Shown one piece after another: positions 43,507 through 58,890 of a DNA stretch of 64,000 nt. The stretch spans positions 20,150,001 to 20,214,000 of the forward strand of contig OX597828.1 in the NCBI GenBank assembly GCA_951406725.2, written 5' to 3'. The notes below the pieces were generated by a model. The model was not told the origin of the DNA, did not search any database, and was given only the letters and a program-made list of their open reading frames with translations. Numbering within the stretch: the stretch's first letter is position 1; each line of letters begins with the position of its first letter. The stretch is from Octopus vulgaris. Its lineage: Eukaryota. The translations under genes and the position numbers were made by a program.

Positions 43507-44469
43507 CTTTCTACTCTAGGCACAAAGCCTGAAATTTGTGGGGACGGGCTAATCGCTTGCATCGACACTGGTGCTTATTTAATCCACCCCGAAAGAATGA
43601 AAGGCACAGTAATAATAATCCTGTCAACGGTCGGCTGAAGGCCTGGAATTTTGGCGGGATAGGCTAATCGATTACGTCGATATACTGTACCTAGCTAACA
43701 AACTAATTAACCAATGCAGCACTTAATGAACTATCCGAACGACTAGTAAGCCAACCAATGAACTAAATGACAAATCTGAAGAATTAAAAAGGTGTGTGAA
43801 TTGTTGCTGATCCAAATTTCTGTTGGCTCCATTCTCTGTTTATATTTTTGTCTTGGCATCTTTATCTTTCATCTGTTGTCTTTTGCTTCTTTCAGTGCTT
43901 CAACCATTGGACTGTATAAATCATAATATTTCTGTTATGATTCCTGATGGAATTCACTTCACTCATGTTATTGCACAATGAACAAGGCTTACTTCTCTTG
44001 CGGCTGTTTTTCAAGGTATAGCGTGCAGATACTCCCAATGTTCGTTTTCTTGGAGTGAGAAATAGAGGTCAATAATAATGATAATGATGATGATAATTTC
44101 AGATTTTGGCACAAGGTCAGCAATTTCGGGTAAGTGTGTAAATCGATTACATCGACCCAAGTACACAACTGGTACTTATTTCATCAAATTTATGAAGATG
44201 AAATGCAAATTTGACGAAATGCCGGTAATATTGTTACCCGGGGTGCTAACGATTCTGCCATCCCACAACCTAAAAAAATAGAAATGATAATGAAGAGGAG
44301 GAGGAAGGGGACTATTTTTATTGGTTACAAGGGTCCAACACAAAAGGTTGTTCAAAAGGGAATCAACAGCAACAAGCATGAAACAAACAACATAAAAATA
44401 GAATTAATTAATTAATTTTTCAATGGCGGAATAATAATACACACCGAGTCCTACCTAAGAGAGTGAAGA

Positions 44470-44660
44470 CTATTGGAACTAACAAGCGTATTGTCAACTA
44501 ACAGAAAATTACCATCCTGTATTCTTCAAGAACCTTAAGAAAGATTCATGAGACTTGAGGAGACTTATTGTTACCAGATCTTATCCTGCTAATTTAACCA
44601 CCTGGATAACAAACCTGCTAATTAAATTAGTATGCAACAGCTTTTGTATAAAAATAACAA
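44470..44660 (+). mobile_element. Decayed R4/Dong-type C-terminus and 3'UTR
   Basis: QKITILYSSRTLRK..ET*GDLL resembles the C-terminal motif of the other fragments; followed by (AAT)n. Confidence 0.5.
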
Positions 44661-44683
44661 CGATAATAAAAACAATAGTGTAA

Positions 44684-44757
<74 letters not shown>

Positions 44758-44758
<1 letters not shown>

Positions 44759-44952
44759 CTTTACTACCATAAGCACACGGCCTGAACTTTCGTGTGGAAG
44801 CGGGGTGTCAATTAGATCGATCCCATTAATAAAACGGTACTTATTTCATTGACCCCGAAAGGATGAGAGTCAAAACCGACTTCGGCGGGATATGAACTCA
44901 GAACGCAAAGACGGACGAAATGCCGTTAAACATTTCGTCTGGCGTACTAACG
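44758..44952 (-). mobile_element. SINE family B, tail type 2
   Basis: ggtacttatttcattgaccccgaaaggatga...gaactcagaacgcaaagacggacgaaatgccg. Confidence 0.8.
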
Positions 44953-45052
44953 ACACTGCAAGCTCGCTGCCTAACAGCAATAATAATAATAACAACAACA
45001 ACAACAACAACAATAATAATAATAATAATAATAATAATAATTATTATTATTA

Positions 45053-45132
<80 letters not shown>

Positions 45133-45144
45133 TATTGTCCACAA

Positions 45145-46810
45145 GGATCCAAGATATGGAGGGCAATGTTAAAATTTCATAGATTTTTACACAGTAGAAG
45201 TTTTCCACTACTTAATGATCGTCGTCCGTTATTATCGATATACGGGTCGAAGAAAGGAATTTCTACCCATACTGCTAATAGGCTGCAACGCTGGGGCTAC
45301 TATATTATTAAACTATGGTTTTAAGATGGAGTAGATACCATCCTAGAAATTAGGACGTGCTGATTGCTTACCAAGAGTGATTTTTAGAAATGCTGAACCA
45401 TTTGAAGATACCGTGCTTTTTGCGTTGCGAGCAGAAAAGGAAAATTAAAACGTGTGACGTCATACGTCATATGTCTTGTAATGCCAGTCGCATTACAAGA
45501 CATAGAATTAAAATCGGAAAACGATAAACTCACTAACAAAATAGAAGAAATGCTGAAGGCTAAAAGAGATAAAATATGCATAAGACAAATTGAAACCCAT
45601 TCTCAATGTGTGACAATGTGCTGATGTACGCAGAAACAGTCGTTGTGCTAGCCACACTACAAAAGTGATGACTAAAGGAACTCTACATTGGTCACCGAGG
45701 GATTTCGAGAATAAAGTCCTTAATGAGAAGTTATGGATATAGGCCAATGACAGACTATGACATTGAAGAACAAGTGAAAGCATACAGAGGGTGTGCCCTA
45801 GCCGCAAAAGCACACACCTATTTCTTTATTACCCACAAGGGGCTAAACATAAAGGGGACAAAGAAGGACAGACATAGGTATTAAGTCGATTATATCGACC
45901 CCAGTGCTTAACTGGTACTTAATTTATCGACCCCGAAAGGATGAAAGGCAAAGTCGACCTCGGCGGAATTTGAACTCACAACGTAACGGCAGACGAAATA
46001 CCGCTAAGCATTTCGTCTGGCGCGGTAACGTTTCTGCCAGCTCACCACTAAATGGCAATCGTGGCCAAAAACAGATATTTCATGGTCCAGACTGCATGGT
46101 GATTATTCAGGTCTACTTAAGGGTTCATATTACCTTGTTGGAGAGTTTTTGAAAGTGGCCTGAAATGCATAAGTGTAAAAAGCCGACATCTGCGGTTACA
46201 GTAAATGTTTTTACACGAATTGATCGCCAGATATGGTATCCCTGATACCATTGTGTCTGATAATGGCACTCAATATACTTGAGACGAGTTCAGAAAATTT
46301 TGTAAAATGCTAGTCATTGAACATGTCACCACTCCGCGGAGCGGCTCAAGTGGTTTCAAGTGGCGTTGAAAAAGGCGAACAAGGAAGTAATGGACAACCT
46401 CCACTTCATCAGTTTCTAAGAGTGTACCGAGTAACACCCAATCCGAATACACCGTCTGGAATGTCACACGCAGAACCAATGTTTGCTAGAAAGATCAGAT
46501 CCATTTTTGATAAGTTGATAAAGAGTGAAAAAATAACAAAAAGGTGAACAACAATTATACTTCAAAATTCTTCAAGTTAGGTGACAATTTTTTTTTTAAA
46601 CCTATAGATATGGTAAAGAAAGCTGGGAGGACGGTGTAATCATTAAACAAATTGGAAGAATGTTATTCCTGGTAAAAAGTTGTCGATCATAAAGGGAAAA
46701 AGTTGTCGATCATAAAAGATATTAACCAATTTATAAAAAGGTTCACGGTAAAAACAGTCAAGAGAAATGAAATATCCATGGAAGTGTTGTACGACACGTT
46801 TGCTGAAGCT
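45145..46810 (+). mobile_element. Ty3/Gypsy LTR-retrotransposon pol remnant (RNase H end and integrase), frameshifted
   Basis: KFHRFLHSRSF..DRRPLLSIYGSKKGISTHTANRLQRW; KELYIGH.GISRIKSLMRSY..GCALAAK (HHCC zinc finger); IPDTIVSDNGTQY; FLRVYRVTPNP..SGMS.AE.MF.RKIRS. No LTRs seen. Confidence 0.85.
45817..46048 (-). mobile_element. SINE family B monomer (tail type 1) inserted in the Gypsy integrase
   Basis: Complete head, body and tail; the Gypsy frame ..ALAAKA / WQSWPKTD.. resumes on each side. Confidence 0.9.
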
Positions 46811-48105
46811 TTCATTGAAATTCTTGGACGCGGTATCTGTGCTACTACCTAAGCACATCCCAGTGTCATTTGAACTCAGAACGTAACACTGCTCAGCAAT
46901 TTTGTCCGGTGCAGTAACAATTCTTCGAGTTCACCCTTGATTGATTACACTCTTTATTTTAACCTATAGTTGTATATATATTTCTGTATAGTATTTTCTT
47001 TATAGTTAAGTGTTGCTAGCACGATGCTCAATAACTATACGTCCTTCTCTAAAAGCTAATTAACACTGAAAAATTATGAGTTATCTCCCTTACTTGCTCG
47101 GCTATAAACAAATATTTTAGCAAACTTTTATTATTTTTCCTAATTGCAGTATCTTGCCCTACTGTGGATATTTCTGATATTGAAAAGCATTAGAAATAAT
47201 CAAACTTGACTTTATATTACTCCAATATGTGTTCAGTAGAGCTTTGTAATTAAATTAATCAATGTAAACTTTAGGCAGCAACATATAACAGCACGAGAAT
47301 TTAAATCCAATTAACAGAAGTTGTGTTCTCACACTTTGAAAAATAATTGGCGCTGCCACCAATACACCACCACCACCGCTACAAGCTATCAATACCACTT
47401 TCCCCATCACCGCTCTGCTCCCCTCTAGCCTGTAGGAGATCTCTCCTCACAAATATCTACATACATCGTAATGAACATATCACTGTTAATCTCCAAACGT
47501 TATGTTTTATTCTGCTTTTCCTTCTTTTTTGTTTTGGCCTCATGGCAGTCTCTTTAACGTATAGGATTGTCATTAAAGGTTTTTACAAGCCAAGAGCTAA
47601 ATAATTAACAACTAAATCTTTAATCAACTGTGAGTTAACCGCTTCTAAATCATTGATCAGCTAGAAAATTCAATCGCTGATACCAATTCTATACAATCAG
47701 AATTCTATACAATGTTGCATATTTTTACTACTATTCAACAACAACACACATTAAGAAACTGTGCTCTTTGCGTCTGTTATATTCTATCACCTACTAATTG
47801 TTACGATCTATGTGAAGATAAGTATTAATGTATGTACTTGATATACTACGGCATATGGTTAAAGATATTCTATGCTATTTTAAGCATCGAAGTATCGACT
47901 ATAAAACAGCTGAACCCATCTGTTAACACATGTCAATCAATATTCCGCTCGGTATCTTTTTGTGCTTGCTTTTAGATATTATCGGAAGCTATTTAAATGT
48001 GTAGGTTTGTATGTTTGTATACATACATAGATGCATAGATACATACATATATATATACATTCATACATATTCATACATACATACATACATACATACATAC
48101 ATACA

Positions 48106-48139
<34 letters not shown>

Positions 48140-48170
48140 CATATATACATACAAAACGTTTTGAGCACTT

Positions 48171-48210
<40 letters not shown>

Positions 48211-48336
48211 CATATATATATATACATACATATATATATATATATATATAATATACACATATATATACATATATATATACATTTATATATATAAATATAT
48301 ATATATACATACATATATATATATACATATATATAC

Positions 48337-48389
<53 letters not shown>

Positions 48390-49226
48390 TATGTATAGAC
48401 ACATATACATACAAACATATATACGTATATATAATACATATATACATACGTACATATATATGAATATATCTATATTCCTATCTATCTAGCTATCTATCTA
48501 TCTATATATATATATATATACATACACACACTTGTCAATCAATATTCTGCATCTCTTGCGCCTAGTTTTAGATTATAGGTATGTCAGTATATATGTGTGT
48601 ATATATGAGTGTGTGCGTATGTATGTATGTACGTATCTATGTATGCATGCATGTATGTATATATGTATGTGTTTGTATGTATATTGGTGCGTATATATAT
48701 GTTTATATACGCACACACACATGTGTGTGTATGTGTGGGTGTTGGTGTGTGTGTTTGGTTATGTCTGTGTACCTGTGACTGTAATGTATATATATATACG
48801 CGCGCGTATCACACTAAATATCTTTTTCTTTAGATCTAGTTATCATCTCTCTGTCTGGTCAACATTTCAGTGTTATACACCACCGCAACAATACTTGCAG
48901 ATTTGTATGTATGTATGCAACAATACTTCAACACCGCTGCGAATATACTTGCTTCCATTGTATTGTCTTCTATTCAATTCATTTCAGTTCTATTCTATTC
49001 TCGTTAGAAACCCATTACCTTCATTTTAACTATCCAAAGCTTCACCCGAATAGGAAACAATCTTGGTCCTGCAAATTCTCGATTGGTGGTCTTCTATTTT
49101 CTCAAATTCTCCGAGAAGTGCTCCCTTTCATAAAGCTACCTTTGATGGAACAAATCCCAAAACGTATTCACTTGTGATACTATTTCATTCTCTGCCATCT
49201 CATAACCTTGAATTTTGTTATTGCTG

Positions 49227-49372
49227 TCTTCTTCTTCTTCTTCTTCTTCTTCTTCTTCTTCTTCTTCTTCTTCTTCTTCTTCTTCTTCTTCTTCTTCTTC
49301 TTCTTCTTCTTCTTCTTCTTCTTCTTCTTCTTCTTCTTCTTCTTCTTCTTCTTCTTCTTCTTCTTCTTCTTC
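49227..49372. repeat. Pure (CTT)n tract; another at ~20617-20767
   Basis: Read directly. Confidence 0.95.
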
Positions 49373-49859
49373 TCCCAATCAGGAGTCGCGCCATTAGCCA
49401 CAAGGAATAATCTCTAATTCGAGCCTACTCTAAGCTACTAAGAATGCGTGCGGCAACTTGAAGATCTACCCACCACACGCGATAGATTGGCGGTTGCACG
49501 GGCGCGAAAGCTACATTGTTATCCTCATTCCGTAAACGGTGGCTTTTAATGCGGGGAGAGCTGAACCATCCTGGAGTACAGAGGTTTCGCAATCTAGACT
49601 AGGGTCTGAAAATTTTTACCACACCATAGTGGGTTACCGCATGGTTCATCTGCTTTGTGGCAGTAGTAGGAAGAAAGAGTGAGAGAAAGTTGTGGTGAAA
49701 GAGTACAGCGGGTTTCACCACCATCACCACCCCGCCGGAGCCTTGCGGAGCTTCGGTGTTTATGCTCAATAAACACTCACAATGCCCGGTCTGGAAATCG
49801 AAACCGCGTTCTTACGACCGCGAGACCGCTGCCCTAACCACTGGGGCATTGCGCCTCCA
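49373..49859 (-). mobile_element. SINE family C: tRNA-like head, possibly extending to a (GAA)n tail
   Basis: Minus strand starts ggaggcgcaatgccccagtggttagggcagcggtctcgcggtcgtaagaacgcggtttcgatttcc (A box, anticodon-like arm, B box); the 3' extent beyond ~49660 is uncertain. Confidence 0.6.
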
Positions 49860-50320
49860 CTGCTGTTGCTATCGTTGTTGCTGCTGCTACTGTCATTTTT
49901 GTTACTATCGTTGCTATTGTTGTTTTGCCCCGTCCAGTTATAATCAATCACACACTTGATCAAATGTATTGCGATCTTCCCCTTATCCTATCATTTGAAA
50001 CGTAAGCAACTAGTTCCCGATCACGCAGACTCGTATTTTTGATGCGTGTATATTACTGGATCTCTGTATGAATTCAAGATAATGTCTATAACTGGATAAG
50101 CCTGTTTGTGTGTTACAAGATTATACAGTAGCAGAATGAAGGTTGTTTTATCCTATAAACCAAGAAAAACTACGAATTGCTACTCCTGTTACCATTTCTT
50201 TAATTTGCAGTTTTCATAGTATTTTAAACCAATGATTTTCTTTTAAATCCTTTCATTTTACCTCAGCACATCATTGCTATCAAAGTAACAATATGAATGA
50301 GAGAAAGTAATTCTACAGCG

Positions 50321-50480
50321 TACCAGTTACGCACTGGGATTGATGTACTCGACTTAATCCGTTTGTCTGCCCTTGTTTGTCCCCTCTGTTTTTAGCCCAT
50401 TGTGGGTAGTAAAGAAATAGGTATTTCCTCTCTCTTTACGTCCTGAGTTCAAATTCCATCGCGGTCGATTTACCTTTCAA
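50321..50480 (+). mobile_element. Short SINE B tail-1 fragment joined to another SINE B body
   Basis: Junction aaagaaatagg|tatttc at 50421, followed by ttacgtcctgagttcaaattcc. Confidence 0.8.
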
Positions 50481-50732
50481 ATCTGCACGCATACATACAA
50501 ACACACATACAAAACACCTTACTGTTGACGTTGAAATTTCAGTGGAGGAGCTTTTGGGTCTAGGCTAGAAACCGGCTCTTTCTCTATCAGAAATTGATAA
50601 ATTGAATAATGATATACATACAAACACACATACGTACATACATGCATGCATACATACATACATACATACATACATACATACATACATACATACATACATA
50701 CATACATACATACATACATACATGCATACATA

Positions 50733-50948
50733 TACGAAAGGATGCCGAAAAGTTCCTTGCTTTAAGGCTATCACGAAAGGCCTGGGTGGAGGCCCGATCA
50801 TCCGAGTTCTTTTACAGGACTTAGAAAAACTGAAGGACTGCTGCAAAAGTGCGTGAATCAGAGACAGGAATATATTGAATGAAGTCATAATTAACTGATC
50901 CTCTTATATTTTCTTTTACCCAAAACCAGGAACTTTACAGTACCTCAC
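50733..50948 (+). mobile_element. Mariner-derived MITE (~215 bp)
   Basis: Left TA-cgaaaggatgccgaaaagttcc and right ggaactttacagtacc are degenerate TIRs; the interior retains the transposase C-terminus pattern. Confidence 0.65.
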
Positions 50949-50998
50949 TTTGTGTGTATGTGTATCTTATCTCTCTCTCCCCCTCTCTCTCTCTCTCT

Positions 50999-51040
<42 letters not shown>

Positions 51041-51043
<3 letters not shown>

Positions 51044-51450
51044 CAGGGCAGGACTGCTAGGTAGTCTGCCGTATGCTAGAAATACATCATCAACGATCAA
51101 ACTACAAAGAAAGATCTCTAGAGGAAAAATTCAGCGAACACCAGAAACTAAACACGTGTCTGTTTTGGCACAGAAAGCTGGGGTTAGTTTTGTAGATTGC
51201 ATTTACATTGAACGATTGTACTGCTGAGGCCACGGACATTTGAATTATGTAAGTAATTCTTTTGTTAAATGCCGAAACCGAGGTATGCAATAAATTCTGT
51301 TTTTTATATAAATATTCATCTGCCCTGCCCGCCAAATTTAGTTCTGGTGTTCGCTGAATTTTTCCTCTAGAGAACTTTCTTTGTAGTTTGATCATTGATG
51401 ATCTATTTCTAGCATACGGCCGACTACCTAGCAGTCCTGCCCTGCCAACA
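51041..51450. mobile_element. Fold-back PLE-type insertion (~110-bp inverted arms) with a central hammerhead-like motif (51215-51291, + strand)
   Basis: Arms tggcagggcaggactgctaggtagtc... and ...gactacctagcagtcctgccctgcca; centre attgta-CTGCTGA-ggc...gcc-GAAA-cc ga gg-TA-tgcaat, overlapping an AATAAA. Confidence 0.75.
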
Positions 51451-51999
51451 TACACATATATTAGAATTTTCTCTGATTTCTCAGATTTTTTGTATGCTGG
51501 ACTACTGGTTTTAAATTGATATTGAAATTAATATTAATTTATCTCCCTCATTATTTAAATATATATATATATATATAATAATAATAAATATTAGGGAATG
51601 AATCCAAAATTACAGGGAAAAATCAGATTTAGGGTTAAATCCAATTTTATAGTAAAATATTATATAATATAATTCGAGACAAAACCACTATTTTAAAACC
51701 AAACAAGTAAAGACTTAATCAATACATAAAATTTTAATATAAATTAAATATATATTTATATATAGTAGAAATATGTTACAAACGAAAATATAAAATACAC
51801 GTGAAAATGTAAGGGGAAATATGAAAAATCAACGAAAATGCACATTGTAAATAAAAAGAGGCTTTTTATGATAGGTAACGACAAATATATACATTTAGAT
51901 GGACTGAGGCAGTAATAAAAGTCATAAAAGTCATTATTATGAGATGATTATAAAGTCAGAAAACAAAGCGTACCATGGTTTCCACAAAGCTATTCATCG

Positions 52000-52054
<55 letters not shown>

Positions 52055-53001
52055 GAGATAAGTGGATCAGACCACATCGACATTCCGGACTCTGACTGAA
52101 GAGGCAATTGGCTGTGAATGATCCGTGTATCTTGTATTGTCCTGTTTGCCGCTGTTGTGCATTCGTCCTTTCCTTCGCATGCTGTGTTTTGACGATTTCC
52201 GTTTGTTGTGTTTTTTTCCCCTTTCTATCTTTGATTTATATATGTATACATATTTATTAAAATACTTTTCCTACATTCACCTAAAATCATCATAAACTAT
52301 AATCTTTACTATAAAAGTGTTACTTTGTCGGAAGATATGATGTAATATATATTCCTGTTAAGTTGATTGATTGCTCAGTAGACTAAGTGAATACGTACAT
52401 ACATACGCATACGCACACAAACATACACACACAAACATACACACAACGCACTCACACGCATGCATATGCGCACACACACACTCACGCACATACGTAGAGA
52501 GAGAGGGAAAGAGAGAGACTGAAACAAAAAGAAAATAGAGAGAGGATGAGACAGAGAGAGTTTATGACATAAGAATTTTGAAATGTAAGAGACAAGAAAA
52601 TTTATTTGTTACAATTCAAAGATAAAGATAAATATAACACAACCCAACAGGTATTTTGTTGTCAAGACGTTTTTACTTGATTTGAAGGCTTTTTCTCTTT
52701 CTTTTTTCATATACTGAATCCAAAAATGGAATCCACTTTTTCACCATCATGTCTAGATTTTAAAGAACCCGAACCGCACGATTTTCGCAAAAATGAGGAA
52801 AATTGATCCAATAGCTGTGGGTCTGATGAACTAGTGCCGGAGTATTCCGGGTCGCCAGTTACTTCCCCTAGTTCGGTTGATACTTTCTAGTCATCCAGCT
52901 CGTAAAGTTTTAAATTCCATAGCAAAAGAGTGACTTGGTAACGGACTTAAACTTGCAATATGCTATGCTGAGTATATCAATATATATGTATACATACATA
53001 C

Positions 53002-53032
<31 letters not shown>

Positions 53033-53194
53033 CATACATACATACATACATACATACATACAAATCTGCACTTATACATACAAACACATACACAAACGTG
53101 CCCTGTTGTTGATGTTGAAATTTCAATGAAGGGGCTTTGGATCTAGGGAAGAAAACGGTTCTTTCTCTATCAGCAATTGATAAACTGAATAGTG

Positions 53195-53225
<31 letters not shown>

Positions 53226-53502
53226 CAGAGGGATGATGAAAAGTTCTTGCGTCTTGATTAAAGAGTTAAAAAAGCCACCTTAAAGTATAACCAGAGTTAC
53301 CTTTTATCGTAATAGGATGTTGAATTTATTGTGTACTTCATTGAAAAAAACATAAAAGTTAGTAGACTATTTCGTAGGTGGGATCAGTGGAATATAATGT
53401 GGTTGGCGTCTTTTCATTGACAGCTCGAAAAGATGTTTAAAATATGTTCTGCTTCGAAATGGAAATATACTGGCTTATGTTCCAATTGCTCACTCTAGAA
53501 AA

Positions 53503-53599
<97 letters not shown>

Positions 53600-54803
53600 A
53601 GTCTGTATGTCTGATCCATTTGCTGTCAACACCCGCTAAATGGAGGGCTGGGCATGCCGTGGTTGATGATTCGCAGACATGCGCTGAGACTGCGACATCT
53701 CCAGCGCTTCTTAAACGACGGTGAACAGGTATGGTCGCCGTTTGTGCGGCGCGCTTTCCCGCAGCTCGTCTCCTTGGCCGACCTAGGCGAATGGCACCGC
53801 GAGTGTCGTGTTGCTCTCGAGCAATTCTGCCGTCCCATATCAAACTTGTGCAACTTGAGTACAACAAAGGCGTTCTATAGAGGATTAGTGGAAGGAAGGT
53901 GCGACGACGTTCTCGGACAGAATCTGGGCGTCAACGAAGAACACCTGACCCGCCTGTTCAGGACAACTTTGGAGCCGGGACCTATGGACAATCACCAGAG
54001 ATCCCTGGCTTGGGAGTGCTATCGAGAAGCATTACCTGTTCGGGATAAGCTCTACAGGCACGGTTCGAGAGACACCGGACCGACTTGCTCGAGATGCGGT
54101 CAGAGCGATAAAACCGTTCTGCACGCACTCGTGCAGTGTCCAGCCATTTCGGACCTGTGAGTTTATGCCGAATGGCTGCTGTCATGTGTGGGACGAGCCC
54201 ACCTCTCGGCCGAGTCTATCGTGATAATTGCACCGCCACCTTCCCTCAACCGGGGAGGCAAAGCAGTCTTCATCGTACTGGTTGCCATGGTGAAAGAATG
54301 TGTGTGGTGGACTCGAACGAAGGGTTTAGAGACAAACACTTACCTTTCTGGCCAATCGCTCATTAAGTTTTTCAAGTACCACTTGAAGAGGAGGGTGAGA
54401 ATAGAGAGCATGTTTTGTCGCGTGGAAGTTTCAAAAAGAGGTGGATGAATGTAGCAAAGATGGTGCGTGCGAGTGACGAAACCACTCTGAGTATGATTCT
54501 GTAAATCGAAGAGAGAAAGAGAGATAGAGCACTTTGCTCTCATGTGTTTATTTCCTCACTGCCTGAGGTTACCGTAGTCTTTTCCGTAGGCTTTACTTTC
54601 CACGGATAAACCTAATCTTGCTTTTTACATTTAAAAAATTCTTCTGTGATACACGATCTCTTTTGATCGCCTTTTTTTTTCCGATCGTTTTTGATCGAAA
54701 TTTTACTTTTTTTACCCCCTTTTTGATTTTCATTTTCGAAAAGAAAAGCTCTACGTTTGTATTTGTCCCCTCTGTGTTCATCCCTGTGTGGCCAATAAAG
54801 AAA
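53600..54803 (+). mobile_element. Tx1/L1-like LINE 3' fragment (post-RT region, zf-RVT-like segment, CCHC, 3'UTR) in (TCTA)n
   Basis: SICCQHPLNGGLGMP..LRLRHLQRFL..TTKAFYRGL..RSLAWECYREALPVRDKL..TCSRCGQSDKTVLHALVQCP; pyrimidine-rich UTR ending ccaataaagaaa; (TCTA)n on both sides. Confidence 0.8.
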
Positions 54804-54804
54804 G

Positions 54805-55767
<963 letters not shown>

Positions 55768-55768
55768 C

Positions 55769-55867
<99 letters not shown>

Positions 55868-55885
55868 CCTACCTACCTACCTACA

Positions 55886-55979
<94 letters not shown>

Positions 55980-56435
55980 ACTAGCTAGCTAGCTAACCAG
56001 CTTACAAGAGCAATCAAGGTTCCTAGCTAGCTCCCTGCATTGTTCTTGTGATACAGACGTTTCAGCATACATCATTTCACAGTGTTTTAACCATGTCTTA
56101 CGTGAATGTTACACACGTCTTCGGAATACTCGTCCCCATACATTTCTTTTTCACACAATCTCCTCCACCGCTACCACCATACCACCACAAAATGTAGTAG
56201 TAGTAGTGGTAGTATTAGAGGTGACGGCATCGGAAGTACTGTTGGTGGTGTTGATGGCGGTGGTGATAGTGGTGGTGGTGTTGATGGCGGTGTTGTTGGT
56301 TGTTGTGTTGGTGGTGATAGCGATGGTGGTGGTGGTGGTGATGGTGGTGGTGATGGTGGTGGTGATGGTGGTGTTGGTGTTGGTCGTGTTGGCGGTGGTC
56401 GTGTTGGTGATGTTCGTGGTGTTGTGTTGTTGATA

Positions 56436-56667
56436 GTGGCGAGCTGGCAGAAACGTTAGCACGCCGGGCGAAATGCTTAGCGGTATTTCGTCAGCCGCTA
56501 CGTTCTGAGTTCAAATTCCGCCGAGGTCGACTTTGCCTTTCATCCTTTCGGGGTCGATAAATTAAGTACCAGTTACGCACTGGGGTCGATGTAATCGACT
56601 TAATACCTATGTCTGTCCTTGTTTGTTCCCTCTGTGTTTAGCCCCTTGTGGGTAATAAAGAAATAGG
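56436..56667 (+). mobile_element. SINE family B monomer, near consensus (tail type 1), inside a (GGT)n array
   Basis: A-box-like tggcagaaacgtt, B box gagttcaaattcc, body, and tail ..gccccttgtgggtaataaagaaatagg. Confidence 0.92.
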
Positions 56668-58464
56668 TGTTGAAGGTGGTGGTGATGATGGTTGTGGTGG
56701 TGGTGCTGGTGTTGGTTGTAGTGGTGATGTTGGCGGTGGTATTGGTGATGGTGGTATAGGTGATGGTGGTGCTGGTGATGGTGGGGCTGGTGGTGGTCGT
56801 GTTGGTGGTAGTAGTGGTGGTGATGATGGTCGTGGTGTTAATGATGGTTGTGGTGGTGGTGGTGCTGGTAGTGGTTGTAGTGGTGATGTTGGTGGTGGGG
56901 CTGGTGATGGTGGTTCTGGTGGTGGTGGTGGTGGTGGTGATTGTAGTGGTGATGATGTGATTGGTGGTACCGATGATAGTTATAGCCTAAAGTCAGTCCT
57001 GAGCAAGGAAATTTATAATGACGGAAGACGCTCTTGTCGTGACCATCTCGTCTTTCTAACCAGTCCTTCCCTTTCTGTATTTTTATTTTATATTTTTTCT
57101 TGTGCTTTTATATAAAAGGGAACTTTAAAAATCGGTGCCGTCTGTGTCGAAAAGGGCTTTGCTACTATTTCTAGCTTATCAGGTGGAACGACCACCATAT
57201 ATCTAACGATTGTACTGAGTTGGACTTTATGGTGGTGATGGTCGTGGAATGACCACTGTGTGTCTCTAACGATTCTGCTGAATTAGGTCGTAGTGGTGGT
57301 GATAGTAATGCCGATAGTAGGTGGGGGTGGGGGTGGAGGTGGAGGACGTCGTTGTTATTGGGATCGTGTAATGTGATGATGGAGAGGTGAAATTTGACAC
57401 TCATATAATTTGAATAATCATCTCATCGTTTGTCATTTGGCGGTGCCCGTACCACCCCACCCTACTTTATCCTCACTCTCCTCCTCCTCCTCCCCGCCTC
57501 CTCTCCTCCTCCTTCTCCTCCTTGATCAAACGAACAGAAAATGGAAATTATTCAAGTCTGTTGAATATGGCAGTATAATCATGGCATCCATTCAGTCTGA
57601 TTCTCTCTTTCTCTCTCTCTCTTACTCACCTTCTGCTTTTCTCTCTCACTCTCTCTTTTTCTCTCATACATTAATTCACTCACTCTCATTCTCTCTTGTC
57701 ATTCTCTTTCTCTCTCTCTAAGCCACGCACTCTCTACCCCTTTCTCCTTTCTTTCATCCTTTTGTTCTTCATTCGTCTTCCTTTTTTTTATTTTCTCCAT
57801 TCTTTGTTTCTCTTCTCTTCTCAGGTTCTCTCTTTCTCTTTCCCTTTCTTCCTCTTTACCTCTCTTTTTCTTTCATGATTCTTTCGTTTTCTAATTCACT
57901 CTCTCCCCCCTTTCATTCCTCCCCTCTCCCCTCTCCTCATTTCCCCCTCTACATTTATTCCCTAACTCTCAATCTCTTCTCAAATTATACCTCCCCACAT
58001 TTCTCTACATCTATCTCTTCCACTGTCTTCATGTCTCAATCTTTTAACACATTATCTGATCAACATGCTGCTATTGAGAAACTAATATGATTTTCGACAC
58101 CACCAGCAATTCCAAAATTTAATTAGCCACAAAATTACTACCATTGAACTCTCGAACCATGGGAGAACCGCCGATATGCGGTCGATCGACATGCTAAACA
58201 TAGAAGAGTAATCTACATCAAAAACACACCCTACCATCTTGGGAAATAGAATACATCACATCAGTCATGAACAACCTGCGAGCCGTGGGCCACATTCAGC
58301 CTTTCTAAAGGTCTCACCAACGCAAAATTATTTTTAGTAGTGCGGCAAATCGAGAAAGGCTGGCCTTGCCTGTATAAGATAATTTAGTTTCTTGTACATA
58401 ATGTTGGTGTATAAGACAGGATAGTCACGGCTGGGATGATCTTCAACATAGATCTGTTTAATTA

Positions 58465-58770
58465 GTGGAGTGAAAACGTGGATTTGTGGTTAGGATTTTC
58501 GGTTCACGTTCGCAAGGACGTGAGGTCGATTCTCGGTGAGGTGTTGTGTCCTTGAGCAAGATACTTTATTTCACATTGTTCCAGTCCACTAAACTGGTAA
58601 AAATGAGTTGAGATTCAAAGAGCCGGCTGCGTCTCATCCTGTGTCACACTGAATTTCCATGAGAATTACGTTAAGCGTGCGCATGTCTCTGGAGTGCTTT
58701 ACCATTTGCTTGTTAATTTTACGAGCACACTGTTTCTTTGATGCGATCAACTGGAACGCTCCGTAACAGT
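58465..58770 (+). mobile_element. SINE family D (degenerate tRNA head and CORE-like domain)
   Basis: tgtggttagg..gtcgattctc head followed by gttgtgtccttgagcaagatactttatttcacattgttccagtccac..aaaatgag. Confidence 0.55.
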
Positions 58771-58890
58771 TTGATGAGTATCAAGTTGGGGATATAAACA
58801 ACGACAACAATGGCAAGAAACACAACAGGGGCCAGAGTAAATAACATAATTTAAATGGTTTAACAGTGGGAAGAAATAAAAGAATAAAAT

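Noticed and set aside
43750-44070. Possible minus-strand Dong-type internal fragment
   Set aside because: Only vague similarity with many stops; too weak to annotate without a search.
49790-49859. Possible tRNA gene (also 5070-5125 and the SINE A/B heads)
   Set aside because: No convincing acceptor stem or terminator; they continue into SINE bodies or are degenerate.
51628-51640. TTAGGG telomere motif
   Set aside because: Single occurrence, no array.
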